Source: an uncultured Spirochaetota bacterium
GTDB taxonomy: Bacteria; Spirochaetota; Spirochaetia; SZUA-6; Fen-1364
NCBI GenBank assembly: GCA_963734545.1
Contig: CAVTHO010000006.1
Coordinates: 160,001-224,000, forward strand
DNA: 64,000 nt
Direction of reading: 5' to 3'
The notes below the pieces were generated by a model, which saw nothing but the letters and a program-made list of their open reading frames with translations, ran no database searches and was not told where the DNA came from. Position numbers and translations under genes: made by a program. Shown here piece by piece: positions 50,501-61,118 of this stretch (its first letter is position 1; each line of letters opens with the position of its first letter).

Positions 50501-53183
50501 TCAGGGCCGCAGGGAGCCGCTGAACCGCCGGTTTTCCAGGAGCGTGTGGTCGATCGACCCAGTCCTTCAGGAACTCCACGATTGTCTGCAGGGCGTCCAC
50601 CGGCGCGTTCTCCAGCGTACTTGTGGAAGCCTTCCACCTTTCTCAGGAACTCCGCGTGCTCGCGCAGGGCCGCGTCGTAGCCCCGCGCCGGGTCGCCGCG
50701 CGGAGAGGGTCTCTTCATACTGCAGGTGCGTGCGCGCCAGGTCGACAAGGCTGTCCACCGTGTCCCGTCACGTCCCCCGCGGGTTCGCGGCCCTCGGCCA
50801 CCGCCGCGAGGCTGTCGATCAGCTCGAAGAGCACGCGGTGCTGCTCGTCGATGTCGGGAATGCCCACCACGTAGGAGTCGTTCCATTCGAACCTGACCTC
50901 GGCGCGGAAGCTCTTCAGCCTCCGTTCGTACGTCTCCATCAGCTTCCACTGCACGACGGGAATGTCCTCCAGGACTTCCGCGGGGATCGCGTACGTGACG
51001 GAGTCCAGCAGCGCGCGGGCCTCGAAGAGGTGATGTACCCTTCCTCCCGGCCCGGCCTCGGGGGACGGCGGAACCGCTGCTGCCAGTCCGCCGGGCAGCT
51101 CCCTGCGCGCCGCGCATCATCGTCTCTTCCCCGAAGAAGCCGCCCGGCTTCAGGTTCTCGATGGAGTGCGCGCCCAGGAAAACGGTCACGAGCCCCTCGG
51201 CCAGGAGGATGATCTCCGCCGCGGCCCCGGGGCGCGAGCACATCGTCCTCCTTGACCACGCGCTTCTCCATGGCGCGCGCGATCCGGGTCTGGACGGGGA
51301 GCGAGACCATCTCCCCGAACAGCCAGGTGCCCTGGAGGAATCTGCCTGTTGGCATGGACCTGCCGCAGGGAGTCCGTCAAGCCCCGCGCGGGCCAGGAAC
51401 TCCGCATGAGAGCGTCGTGCGGGATGCGCAGGGCGGTGACATTGCTCAGGGCCCGGCAGGTTCGGCAGGGACCTGCGATCCGGAAGACCCTTCCAGCTCT
51501 CCGATCAGGCCGCCTGCGGACATCACGGTGCGCACGTCCGGTACGGGAGTCGTCGAGCTCCACCAGACCGCTCAGGATGAGGTAGAGGTCCTCGCACGGG
51601 CGCGTCGGCCCGCATGGATGAGGTCATCGGGGAGAGAAGCTGACACGCGGGCAGTTGACCAGCATGCCCGATCTCCCGCGCGGATGCGCCCGGGGAAATA
51701 CGCGCGCAGCACACTGCTGCCCGCCCTGCAGCAGGTAGTCGCATGCCCGAGCTGTGCAAGGACGTCCTGCTGGCCGAACGCGGCGCAGGACGCCGATCTT
51801 TTTCTGCGCATCGGTCAGGGGAGCGGAGGTGTGGCTGAGGAAGATCTTCCGCGATGGCGTCGCCGATGAAATCCTCCGCCTTGCCGTGGATCAGCCCGCC
51901 GCCGATGTCGATCTTCTTCACGTTCACCGGCTGTGAGCATTTTCCGCGTGAACGCCTCGTAGAAGGCCCGCGAGATTCCGTTCTTCGCGGATCCGTCGGT
52001 GACCATCTTCTTCAGCACCTCGAAGGAGCTGATGTCCGCCAGGTGCGCGTAGGTCCGGTACCCGCTTCTCCCAGAGCGGCGCGGAAGAAGAAGACGGTCG
52101 TCTCCACGGGGTGCGGGGAGAATACGGGCATGACCTCCAGCCCCTCCAGCGCGGTCCATGCGTCCAGCGCCAGGTCATGCGGCTCGAAGTACTGGTAGAA
52201 CGTGGCCTCGTTCCTCCCGGTGAGCGCGGCGTACTTCTTCACCACGCTGGCCCGCACCGGCGCCGTGGCGATAGTAGGCAATGCGATGGTCCGTGCGCAC
52301 GAGGGAGGTGAGCCCGGCAAAATGATCGTCGTGCGCGTGGGTGTGGAAGATGCCGGCCATCTCGTTGATGCTGATGCCCAGCGCGGTGAGCGTGTACTGG
52401 ATGCCCGGACCCGCGTCGACGAGGTAGACCCGGCCCTGGAAGCAGAGGATGCTCCCCATGCAGGGACGCGTGACGTCCCACCCGTCGCCTTCGCCGACGT
52501 GCACGACGGAGAAGTACTTCCCGGCGCACGTCCTGGAACGCAAGCTGGTAGGTGGGCGAGTATTCCTCCGTGTCCCCGAGGTTGAGGTCCACCGCGACCG
52601 AGTCACCGCCATAGATGAACTCGTACTTGGTTGAAGCCCTTGCGCCGCGCACGAACACCCCGTCACGCAGCTCCACGGCCGGGGTGTCCACGACGCGGAG
52701 GTCCAGGAGGTCCTCCGTGCGGCGGATGTTGTCGAAGGCGAACCATCTCTTGATCCGCAGCATGTCCCGGGCCAGCGCCTCCGGGACACCCGACTCCATG
52801 ATCTCCGCGAGGGACGCGAGGCCGTAGGTGCCGCGGTAGATGTAGCTGCTCTGGCTCTTCACCTGGTCTTCGAGCCCGATCAGCATGGGCTTGCGCCCCG
52901 TGTTGTTCGGATGGTCGGGGAGGATCATGCCCTGCAGGTACAGCATCTGGAGCACCGGAAACTCGGCGAGGTTGGAGAAGCTGCTCTTCTGGATCGTGGT
53001 GTCCGAGAGGAGGATCGCATTGGGTCCCGTCTGGGCCATGACGCCGTTCTTCTCCCGGTCCACGATGAGCCCCGCCTTCGTCAGATGCTTGACGATGTCG
53101 GCCGGACACCCGCAGAGGACGAAGAGGTCCGCCTCCGGGATTTCCACCCAGTAGACGCCGTTCGTCACACGCTGCTTCTGCAT
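50501..53183 (-). CDS. Multidomain protein: MBL-fold hydrolase + two cNMP-binding domains + C-terminal hemerythrin-like domain; many frameshifts
   Basis: LCGCPAD, GEGDGWD, THAHDDHFAG, SPHPVET, KIDIGGGLIHG, LIGELE, PGGFFGEE, WNDSYVVGIPDIDEQH. Confidence 0.75.
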
Positions 53184-53205
53184 CCGATGTCCATCCGTTT
53201 CCCCT

Positions 53206-54285
53206 TCAGAAGGGATAGAACGAGAGGGCCGTGTCGAACAGGGCGGCGACGTTCTCCGGCGGGGTACCTGCCTGGATCCAGTGCGACGGGCCGAGGATGT
53301 AGCCCCCGCCGCGCCCCAGCACGGTGATCCTCTCCTCCACTTCGCGGCGCACCTCCTCCGGGCTGCCGAAGGGAAGCGTGGTCTGCACGCTCACCCCGCC
53401 CTCGAAGCACAGCCTGTTCCCGTATTCGTCCTTCAGCCGGACCGGGTCCATGTTGTCCGCGCTGAACTGGAGGGCCTGCAGCACGTCGATCCCCATGTCG
53501 ACGAGCCCTCCCACCGCGTCCATGATGGAGCCGTCCGTGTGATAGATGATTTTCGCGCCCCGCTCATGGATCGCGTCGTTCAGCCTGCGGTGGTAGGGCT
53601 TGAGCAGGCGCTCCCACCTGTCGTACGGCATGAGAAGCCCGCGCTGGTCGCCGATGTCGTCCGCGGTGAATACGAGGTCGATCTGGCCGGGCGCCGCTTC
53701 GAGCATCCGCGTGAAGAAGGCCACGTAGAAGTCGGTCACGCGGCGCATGATCGCGTGCACGAGCTCCTCCTCCGTCATCAGGTCCATGAGCATCTGCTCG
53801 AAGCCGCGCATGTACCACGACGTCTCGAAGATGTTGCCGTTGCTCACCATGATGCAGCTGTCCGCCCGGGCCCGGGCAGCCGCGATTGCCGCCGGAAGGC
53901 CTTCGTAGTCGAACCACGCGGGGTCCGGCCACCGGTGCCGGTCGAGATTCGCCGGCGTCCACTCGCCGGCGAGCGGATAACGGGAGATCTCGTTGTAGCT
54001 TCCCGACCCGTAGCTCACGTCCCGGCGCGTCACCCCCCAGATGTCGGTGTCCGGGGGAAGCGGCGGGCCGATGTAGCGCGGGCTCACCTCCACGATGTCC
54101 ACGATCGGGGACAGGTACTGCGCTGCGCCGACGCCTCTCTCTTTCGAGAGCCAGTCATCAAGGGCGCGCCAGGCGGGCGGGTTGATGCCGGCGCAGACCA
54201 GGCCGATCGGGATCCTGTCGGTCTGCTGGTGGTCCAATGCGAGTCTCACACGTTCGCGGGGCGACAGGACCTGCCGGCGATGCAT
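53206..54285 (-). CDS. Uroporphyrinogen decarboxylase-family (MtaA/CmuA-like) protein
   Basis: SPRERV…DRIP, DIWG, RGFEQ, ADDIG, YHTDG, GGVSVQ, YILGPSH. Confidence 0.88.
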   Translation of the reverse strand: MHRRQVLSPRERVRLALDHQQTDRIPIGLVCAGINPPAWRALDDWLSKERGVGAAQYLSPIVDIVEVSPRYIGPPLPPDTDIWGVTRRDVSYGSGSYNEISRYPLAGEWTPANLDRHRWPDPAWFDYEGLPAAIAAARARADSCIMVSNGNIFETSWYMRGFEQMLMDLMTEEELVHAIMRRVTDFYVAFFTRMLEAAPGQIDLVFTADDIGDQRGLLMPYDRWERLLKPYHRRLNDAIHERGAKIIYHTDGSIMDAVGGLVDMGIDVLQALQFSADNMDPVRLKDEYGNRLCFEGGVSVQTTLPFGSPEEVRREVEERITVLGRGGGYILGPSHWIQAGTPPENVAALFDTALSFYPF

Positions 54286-54395
54286 CCGCGCCAGTGTATC
54301 CCGACTCGGCTCTGGTCCACAAGAAGACAACCGCCGCCGCGGGCCGATGATCAAAAAAGCATTCCTGCCGATACTTGTAGCAAACGGGTGCGCGC

Positions 54396-55163
54396 ATGAA
54401 CTTCCGCTTCGTCCGCCTCATCAGTGACTCGCGGGAAGACCTTCTCAAGGGCCGCACGATCTCTCTCCACGAGCTGCACACCCTCAGGGAACGACGCGGC
54501 GAAATGATCGCGGCCGTCGACGCGGCGAGCTCCGCCCTGCTCGGCTGGATCGGCGTCTACCCGGACCGGGACGAAGGCGGTCACCTGTTTCACCTCGCCG
54601 ATATCGATGTGCTCCCCGTGCATCGGGAGGAGGGAATCGATGCCGCGCTCATGCAGGAGGCAGGCAGGTTCATGCGGAAGCACAGGGTGTCGCGGCTGAC
54701 ATTCGGCACCAGCCCGCTTCTCACCGGCAACGCCGCCCTGTACATCACCCGGTTCGGCACGCGCTACAAGTGGAGAGAAGGGACCCGGACGCCCGAGGGA
54801 AGGCCGTGGCCTTACGTGTCGTGCGAGTGCGACTTCGACGACCCGGTTGCGCGCCCCCTCGACCTGCGCACGGACGAGGTGGTCCCGCGGAGCGTCATTG
54901 ACTGGGAGGGGACACGGCCCCTGCCGCGAAAGAAAGTCGTCTACTCCGGCCCGCTCTCCGTGCTTCTCCCCGAGCTCACGCGCGACTCACTCGTCGAGGC
55001 AGACACGCGTGATCCCTCGTTCCTCCCCACCCTCTACCAGGTATTCCACGCGTTGTTCCTCCACGGCTACGATTTCGCGTGGTTCGACCGGCTTGCACCG
55101 TCGGCAGCTCCCTCCGATGGTCCGCGCTGCTACTACATCATGAAGAGAGTACTGGCACTCTGA
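54396..55163 (+). CDS. GNAT-superfamily acetyltransferase-like protein
   Basis: VLPVHREEGIDAALM (motif A-like), TSPLLTGNA. Confidence 0.6.
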   Translation: MNFRFVRLISDSREDLLKGRTISLHELHTLRERRGEMIAAVDAASSALLGWIGVYPDRDEGGHLFHLADIDVLPVHREEGIDAALMQEAGRFMRKHRVSRLTFGTSPLLTGNAALYITRFGTRYKWREGTRTPEGRPWPYVSCECDFDDPVARPLDLRTDEVVPRSVIDWEGTRPLPRKKVVYSGPLSVLLPELTRDSLVEADTRDPSFLPTLYQVFHALFLHGYDFAWFDRLAPSAAPSDGPRCYYIMKRVLAL

Positions 55164-55254
55164 CCCTCGCGAAACTGCGCGGGCGACCGTGCAGCTGCAC
55201 GGAGTACCGTGCAAGGATTGCACAGCCGGGGAGAATCAGGATAGTATCTGCCCC

Positions 55255-55550
55255 ATGGATACGCCCCAGACAGTCGAGTTGACGCGCAGCGAGCGCGAGC
55301 TCCTCCTGAACATCCTTCACATCGCACCGGAAGTCGAAAAGAAGATCATTTCCTCGCGCATCACGGGCAACAGGTTTCACATCGAGTTCACCCCCAAGGA
55401 CATGGAGGGTCTGTTGAACGGCCTGGCTTCCGAGATCAATGCCACCAGCGACCGCACGATGGCCAGGGCCTACGAGGACCTCCGACAGAAGCTGGAAAAG
55501 ATCGAGGGACACTGGCGAGGCCGGGCTGCCGCGGGGAGGGGAGCGGCTGA
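55255..55550 (+). CDS. Small hypothetical protein; 3' end uncertain (probable indel)
   Basis: MDTPQTVELTRSERELL…YEDLRQKLEKIEG; promoter TTGCAC-18-TAGTAT just upstream. Confidence 0.55.
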
Positions 55551-56077
55551 TGCAGGAATATTCTCAGACGATTCTGGTCCTTGCGCTGCTCACCGCGGCC
55601 GCGGTGACGGCGTTGATCCTGGTGCTGGCGGCATGGCTGATGGACCGGCGGCGCAGCCACGTGAGGATCGAGCGCCTGATTCAGGAGCAGGAGCAGGGGC
55701 TCGCCGATGCCCGCAAAGAGAGCGTGGAGAAGAGCAGGAGCTCCCTGAAGGGACAGATCGCGGAGCAGATGGCCCCGCTCCTGCCCGGATTCCGGTACCT
55801 GCCGGCGGACGCGCGCTTCCTCGGCGATCCGATAGACTACGTGGTATTCAACGGATACACCGGTGTGCGCGACGAACGCGCCCGGGTCGACTCGCTGGAA
55901 ATCGTCCTGCTGGAAGTCAAGCAGGGCGGATCAGCGCTGTCGGGATTTCAGAAAGCCATTGCGGCGGCGATCCAGGCGGGCAGGGTGCGGTTCGAAGTGT
56001 GCCGCGTCCTGCCGGATGGATCCATCGGGACCGAGACCTGGCGTCAGCGGAGAGCCGGAGGCCTGGCCCTCGAATGA
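55550..56077 (+). CDS. Membrane-anchored Holliday-junction-resolvase-like endonuclease (Endonuc_Holl type)
   Basis: N-terminal TM and coiled coil; SRSSLKGQIAEQMAP, RFLGDPIDYVVF, EVKQG…LS..QK. Confidence 0.85.
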   Translation: MQEYSQTILVLALLTAAAVTALILVLAAWLMDRRRSHVRIERLIQEQEQGLADARKESVEKSRSSLKGQIAEQMAPLLPGFRYLPADARFLGDPIDYVVFNGYTGVRDERARVDSLEIVLLEVKQGGSALSGFQKAIAAAIQAGRVRFEVCRVLPDGSIGTETWRQRRAGGLALE

Positions 56078-56856
56078 AAACCCTCATTGCCTGCGGACAA
56101 TTCGCGCCCCTGCCGGGGGACATCAGCGGGAATATCGCGCGCATGGGCGGACTGGCCCGCGATGCCGCGCGGCTGGGCGCCCGCGTGCTCGTGCTTCCCG
56201 AGCTCTGCCTCTGCGGCTACCCGGAGCCCGGTGAGGCAGCGGCGCGGGCTGTTCCGGCGGACGGTCCCGAGATCAGCCGCGTCGCGGCGCATGCCCGGGA
56301 GACGGGAGTCGCGCTGTGCTTCGGGTTCGTCGAACGATCCCCTGACGGACGGCTCTGCAACAGCATGGCCTTTGTGGGCGGCCAGGACGGTCCGCGCACC
56401 GTGTACCGCAAAGTACACCTGTGGACAACGGAAAGGGCGTGGGCTGTTCCCGGGGAAAGCTTCCCGAGCTTCGACCTCGGCCCCCTGCGCCTGGGGATGT
56501 GGATCTGCTACGACACCCGGTTTCCCGAGGGGGCGCGCCGCCTGGCCCTCTCCGGGGCCACTCTCTGCCTCGTGGGTTCCGCCTGGTTCGGGCCCGCGGA
56601 CGAGTGGGAGCTCGCGCTCCGTGCACGCGCCATGGATAACGGGATATTCGTGGCCGGCGCGGCCGTGCAGGGCTCCTCAGGCGCTCTGCCGTTTCATGGG
56701 GCGAGCCTCATCATCGACCCGCATGGACGGGTCCTTGCCCGCGCCCGCGCGGACCATGACGACCTGATCGCCGCCGAGTACGATGACGAGGCGGTGAAGA
56801 CATTCCGCGCGCGCCTGCCACTCCTCGATGATCGTCGCCCCGCCACATATGCGTAG
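56074..56856 (+). CDS. Carbon-nitrogen hydrolase (nitrilase family)
   Basis: Catalytic triad in LPE, YRKVHL, ICYDTRFPE; RARAMDN. Confidence 0.92.
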   Translation: MKTLIACGQFAPLPGDISGNIARMGGLARDAARLGARVLVLPELCLCGYPEPGEAAARAVPADGPEISRVAAHARETGVALCFGFVERSPDGRLCNSMAFVGGQDGPRTVYRKVHLWTTERAWAVPGESFPSFDLGPLRLGMWICYDTRFPEGARRLALSGATLCLVGSAWFGPADEWELALRARAMDNGIFVAGAAVQGSSGALPFHGASLIIDPHGRVLARARADHDDLIAAEYDDEAVKTFRARLPLLDDRRPATYA

Positions 56857-57619
56857 GGTCCTCCAGGAGAGCGATCTTGCCGGTCCTCTCTATGCGCACC
56901 TGGCGGACCTCGGGTACACGGTCCGCAGCGAAGTCAAAGACTGCGACATCGCCGCCGTCAAGGGCGAGGATCTCCTCATCATCGAGCTGAAGAAGACGCT
57001 GAACCTGCCGCTCCTCGTCCAGGCGGTCCGCCGGCAGCGAATGACCGATTCTGTCTACGTGGCGATCCCGCGGCCTTCCAACAAGTGGAAGTGGTGGAAG
57101 GAGAGCCGCGGCGCCCAGCACCTCCTGCGCAGGCTGGAGCTGGGCCTCATCCTGGTTTCACTGGACGCCGGCAAGCCTCCCGTGGAAATCGTTTTTCATC
57201 CGCTGCCTTTTGCGCGGAAGAAGCGCGGCACGTCACGCCGGGCCGTCCTGGAGGAGATCGCGCACAGGACCGCGGACTACAACCGGGCGGGAAGCACGCG
57301 CACGAAGCTCGCCACCGCCTACCGGGAGAATGCCATCCATATCGCCTGCTGTCTTCTCGTGCACGGCAAATCCACCCCGGCCGAGCTCCGCGCCCGGGGG
57401 ACGGGACCCAAGACACTCTCGATACTGCACTTCAATGCATACGGCTGGTTCGAACGGGTGGCGCATGCCGTGTACGATCTCTCCGCCCACGGCAAGGCCG
57501 ACCTCGCCAGCTGGCCCGCGCTCAGGAAGAAGTACCTTGCGGCCGCGAGGCGGGGTCCCGCGCGCGTCCGGGCAGAACCTCCCTGGATTGAATACTCCCC
57601 GGTGAGGGGGTATTCTTGA
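56849..57619 (+). CDS. DUF2161-like PD-(D/E)XK protein
   Basis: ESDL…GYTVRSEVKDCD…IELKKTLNLPLLVQAVRRQ, TAYRENA, NAYGWFER. Confidence 0.82.
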   Translation: MRRVLQESDLAGPLYAHLADLGYTVRSEVKDCDIAAVKGEDLLIIELKKTLNLPLLVQAVRRQRMTDSVYVAIPRPSNKWKWWKESRGAQHLLRRLELGLILVSLDAGKPPVEIVFHPLPFARKKRGTSRRAVLEEIAHRTADYNRAGSTRTKLATAYRENAIHIACCLLVHGKSTPAELRARGTGPKTLSILHFNAYGWFERVAHAVYDLSAHGKADLASWPALRKKYLAAARRGPARVRAEPPWIEYSPVRGYS

Positions 57620-57635
57620 ACGCAAGGAGACCGAG

Positions 57636-57914
57636 GTGACGTTTCAGCGCGTGGAAGGAACCGACAAGGGGCGGATCGTGCTCTATTCCCTGAGCACCTG
57701 CATGTGGTGCCGCATGGCGAAGAATCTGCTGCACGACCTGGGCATTGGCTACGAGTACATCGACGTGGACTCCCTCCAGGCCGAGGAAAAAGACGCGGTG
57801 AAGAAGGAAATCAAGAAATGGAACCCCGACGGGTCCTATCCCACGATCGTCATCAATGACAAGGAATGCGTTTCCGGCTTCGACGAGGCCGAGATCAGGG
57901 AGAAGATCAAGTGA
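57636..57914 (+). CDS. Glutaredoxin/NrdH-like redoxin
   Basis: [22 protein letters not shown]; AAGGAG SD. Confidence 0.9.
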   Translation: MTFQRVEGTDKGRIVLYSLSTCMWCRMAKNLLHDLGIGYEYIDVDSLQAEEKDAVKKEIKKWNPDGSYPTIVINDKECVSGFDEAEIREKIK

Positions 57915-58531
57915 GCGGCGCGACGGACCGACCCTCCGAAGTGACGCCGGAAGAGGTCGAGCGCGTGTTCCAGAAGCTCGACCAGGAAGCGGAGAGCGCG
58001 GGATATCACCTGAATCCCGACAAGAAGTTCACCCTCGGGCTGATCGAGGGGATGCTGGTCAACGAGCGCAGGTACGGCTACTGGGCCTGCCCGTGCCGGC
58101 TCGCCTCCGGGAAGAAATCCGAGGACCTCGATATCATCTGCCCCTGCGACTATCGAGACGCCGACCTGTCGGAGTACGGGGCCTGTTTCTGCGCGCTGTA
58201 CGTTTCCCAGGAAGTCGTGGACGGCACGCGCAAAGTGCGGCGAATCCCCGAAAGGCGGCCTGCTGAAAAGATGAGCGCCGCGGCCGAGCCGCCCGCGGAA
58301 AGCTCGGGCCCGGGGCCTGCCGGGGGAAAACAAGGCGCGCGGGACACGACGCCCGCGGAAGGTCCCGCCGGCTCGGAAAGTCCGGCGGGCACGGCGCCGT
58401 CCCGCTCCGCGGAGCTGCGGTACCCCGTGTGGAGATGCAGAGTCTGCGGCTATCTCTGTGCGCGGGACGGACCGCCCGAGGTGTGCCCGATCTGCAGGGC
58501 CAGGAAGGAACGTTTCGAAAGATTCTTATGA
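57911..58531 (+). CDS. Ferredoxin:thioredoxin/disulfide reductase catalytic subunit fused to a rubredoxin-like domain
   Basis: [25 protein letters not shown]; C-terminal WRCRVCGY…CPIC; GTGA overlap with redoxin. Confidence 0.88.
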   Translation: MSGATDRPSEVTPEEVERVFQKLDQEAESAGYHLNPDKKFTLGLIEGMLVNERRYGYWACPCRLASGKKSEDLDIICPCDYRDADLSEYGACFCALYVSQEVVDGTRKVRRIPERRPAEKMSAAAEPPAESSGPGPAGGKQGARDTTPAEGPAGSESPAGTAPSRSAELRYPVWRCRVCGYLCARDGPPEVCPICRARKERFERFL

Positions 58532-59800
58532 CGGGGGTCCGCCGTGAGGGGGATCCCGCTCCAATGAAGGAGAGAGAATCTCCGCGGCCCCCTGGTCCTT
58601 TTCTATGAGCGCCGCAATGCGGCCCTCGGAGGACCCTGCGCCGGCCCCGTGCACCATGTTCACGAGCTCCGCGAACATCGCCTTGTCCGTCAACCTGCGC
58701 AGAAAAGGAAAATCCTGCCTCAGCACGCGATAGCCCCAGACGGCGTCGAGCTTCATGCTCGTCGTGCGCGAGTTGCCGCGGATGCCGCTCGAGAGGCTGC
58801 GCAGGCGCCGGTACTCCCTGTCGATGGCGCGGCTCACTTTCCGCCCCGCAATGCGCCGCACCACGTCCATGCGCACCAGCTCCATCTTGCGGTCGAGGTT
58901 CGTTCCGCTCTTGAAGGAGACGGCGACGGGGATGGGGACGAGCATCTCCCCGTCCGCCGTGTAGCCGGTCATCCCTTCCGTGTAGTAGCCCTTTTCCAGG
59001 AGCACCGGTGTCGAGCGGGGAAAGAATCGAAGCTTCCTGTAGTCCTCCACGCGCTCCTGGACCCGGCGGATCTCCTCCTGGAGCGCGCGGGCGCCGGGAC
59101 TCTGCGCCAGCCTCATTTTCAGATCGGGCAGGAGCTCGTTCTCCATGTAGAAGATCGCCTGCGAGAGCGGCAGCTTCATGTTCTGCGCCGCGTAGGTCAC
59201 CTCCTCGCCTTCCTCGATCCCGTAGGGCGGTTTTTCAGGATTCTCACGGACCATCACGGGGAAGAGAAAGAGAAGCAGCTTCCGCACGACGGGCGGATAG
59301 CGCTCCAGCTCGAGGGGCGGGTAGCGGTCGTCCTCCCCCGTGTATTTGCGGATCGCCGCCACGATGCTCCGGGAAAGAACGCGGCTCTTTCTCGCGTCCG
59401 TCTGCCGTGATTCCATGAAGCCCCCGCCGCCGGCAAGGAGAAACTGCTCGAGCAGGTTCCTGACGTTTGCGTACAGCGGGTTGGCCTGGACGATCCCCTT
59501 CTGGTCCTCGGAGATGTTTTCCGCGAGGAGGCCCTCCACGAGCCGCAGCGCGGAAAGGGATTTCTCCGTGATCATCTCTGCCAGGCTCTGCCGCGCCGCC
59601 GGGTCTGCCCTGCCCGTGATGCGCTTCAGGAGCTGCAGGCACAGGGAAAGCCGGGTCCCGGCAAGCGAGAGCACCAGGTCGATGTCGTGCAGCCCCGAGA
59701 GGCTCTCCTCCATCCCCCGCACCGCATTGGCGAGACGTGATTCCTCCTCGAGCAGGGCGCGAGTCTCGATGGACAGTAGATCTTGAAGGGAGGTGCTCAT
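58526..59800 (-). CDS. Hypothetical protein (424 aa, helical/coiled-coil)
   Basis: Intact ORF with natural composition; no motif recognised. Confidence 0.7.
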   Translation of the reverse strand: MSTSLQDLLSIETRALLEEESRLANAVRGMEESLSGLHDIDLVLSLAGTRLSLCLQLLKRITGRADPAARQSLAEMITEKSLSALRLVEGLLAENISEDQKGIVQANPLYANVRNLLEQFLLAGGGGFMESRQTDARKSRVLSRSIVAAIRKYTGEDDRYPPLELERYPPVVRKLLLFLFPVMVRENPEKPPYGIEEGEEVTYAAQNMKLPLSQAIFYMENELLPDLKMRLAQSPGARALQEEIRRVQERVEDYRKLRFFPRSTPVLLEKGYYTEGMTGYTADGEMLVPIPVAVSFKSGTNLDRKMELVRMDVVRRIAGRKVSRAIDREYRRLRSLSSGIRGNSRTTSMKLDAVWGYRVLRQDFPFLRRLTDKAMFAELVNMVHGAGAGSSEGRIAALIEKDQGAAEILSPSLERDPPHGGPPS

Positions 59801-59879
59801 GGCCGGGGCTTTCCCCCTGCAAATATACGGCGGCCGTGACGCTTTTCCAAGTCAGTGATCCATACTATAGTGGCCGGGC

Positions 59880-61118
59880 ATGGAGGATCACCTCGTCGAG
59901 GCAGGCCGCCCGCGCAGAACATTCGCGGCCCTGGCTTATCCCAATTACCGGCTGTGGTTTTTCGGCCAAATGACGTCGCTCGCCGGCACCTGGATGCAGT
60001 CCACCGCCCAGGGCTACCTCGTCTACCAGCTCACGCGCTCGACGGTGTACCTCGGCTACGTGGGGTTCGCATCCGGCATCGCGACCTGGGTGTTCACGCT
60101 GTACGGCGGGGTCCTCGCGGACAGGGTGCCGCGGCGCGGGCTGCTCGTCGTCACCCAGGCCTTCAGCATGCTGCTCGCATTCGTGCTCTCCGCGCTCACA
60201 TTCACGCGTCTCGTGATGCCCTGGCACATCATTGTTCTCGCTTTCAGCCTCGGGGTGGTGAACGCATTCGACGCGCCGGCGCGCCAGTCATTCGTCCTGG
60301 AAATGGTCGACCGGCCGGTGCTGACGAATGCCATCGCCCTGAACTCGACGATGTTCAATGCGGCCATGGCTTTCGGCCCTGCCATCGGCGGCATCACCTA
60401 TGCGCTTTTCGGGCCCGGTTGGTGTTTTGCCATCAACGGCCTGTCTTTCGTCGCGGTGATCGTGGCGCTCGCCTCCATGAGGCTGGCGCGCTGGGTCCCG
60501 CCCCCGGCACGGGCCTCCGCCTTCGCCGAGATGCGGGAGGGTTTTCGCGCCGTCGTGACCGACAGGAGGATACTGGCCATCATCTGCCTCCTCTGCTCGG
60601 TGAGCCTTTTCGGCATGTCCTTCGTGACCCTGATCCCCGCGTGGGCCGTGCAGGTCCTCGGCGGCGACGCCACCACGAACGGCTTTCTTCTTTCGGCGCG
60701 AGGCGTGGGGGCGCTTGCCGCCGCCCTCATGATCGCGACACTGGCGCATCGCAGATTCAAGGGCCGGCTCATGACGGCGGCGAGCATTGCATTTCCGATC
60801 GCCCTCGCGGTCTTCTCCTTCGTGCGCTCCCTCGTGCTCTCCCTCCTCATACTCGTGGTGGTCGGCGCCGTCAACATCACGATCAACATCCTCGCCAATG
60901 CCCTCGTGCAGACCATGGTCCCGGACGCGGTGCGCGGCCGGGTCATGGCAATCTACATGCTCTCGTTCCTCGGTTTCATGCCGATCGGGGCGCTGCTCGC
61001 CGGGACCGTGGCCAGCGCGGCAGGCGTCCACCTCACCGTGACCGCCAGCGCGGCGTGCACGCTCGCCTGCGCGCTCCTCGTGGCCCGCGCGGTTCCCTCG
61101 CTGCGGAAGGCCGCCTAG
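59880..61118 (+). CDS. MFS transporter (EntS/DHA3-like)
   Basis: About 12 TMs; GGVLADRVPRR, AFDAPARQS, NAIALNS, PDAVRGRV. Confidence 0.92.
   Translation: MEDHLVEAGRPRRTFAALAYPNYRLWFFGQMTSLAGTWMQSTAQGYLVYQLTRSTVYLGYVGFASGIATWVFTLYGGVLADRVPRRGLLVVTQAFSMLLAFVLSALTFTRLVMPWHIIVLAFSLGVVNAFDAPARQSFVLEMVDRPVLTNAIALNSTMFNAAMAFGPAIGGITYALFGPGWCFAINGLSFVAVIVALASMRLARWVPPPARASAFAEMREGFRAVVTDRRILAIICLLCSVSLFGMSFVTLIPAWAVQVLGGDATTNGFLLSARGVGALAAALMIATLAHRRFKGRLMTAASIAFPIALAVFSFVRSLVLSLLILVVVGAVNITINILANALVQTMVPDAVRGRVMAIYMLSFLGFMPIGALLAGTVASAAGVHLTVTASAACTLACALLVARAVPSLRKAA

Noticed and set aside
55189-56856. 555-aa hypothetical-nitrilase fusion
   Set aside because: The middle part is off-frame over the endonuclease gene; the nitrilase starts at 56074 with an ATGA overlap
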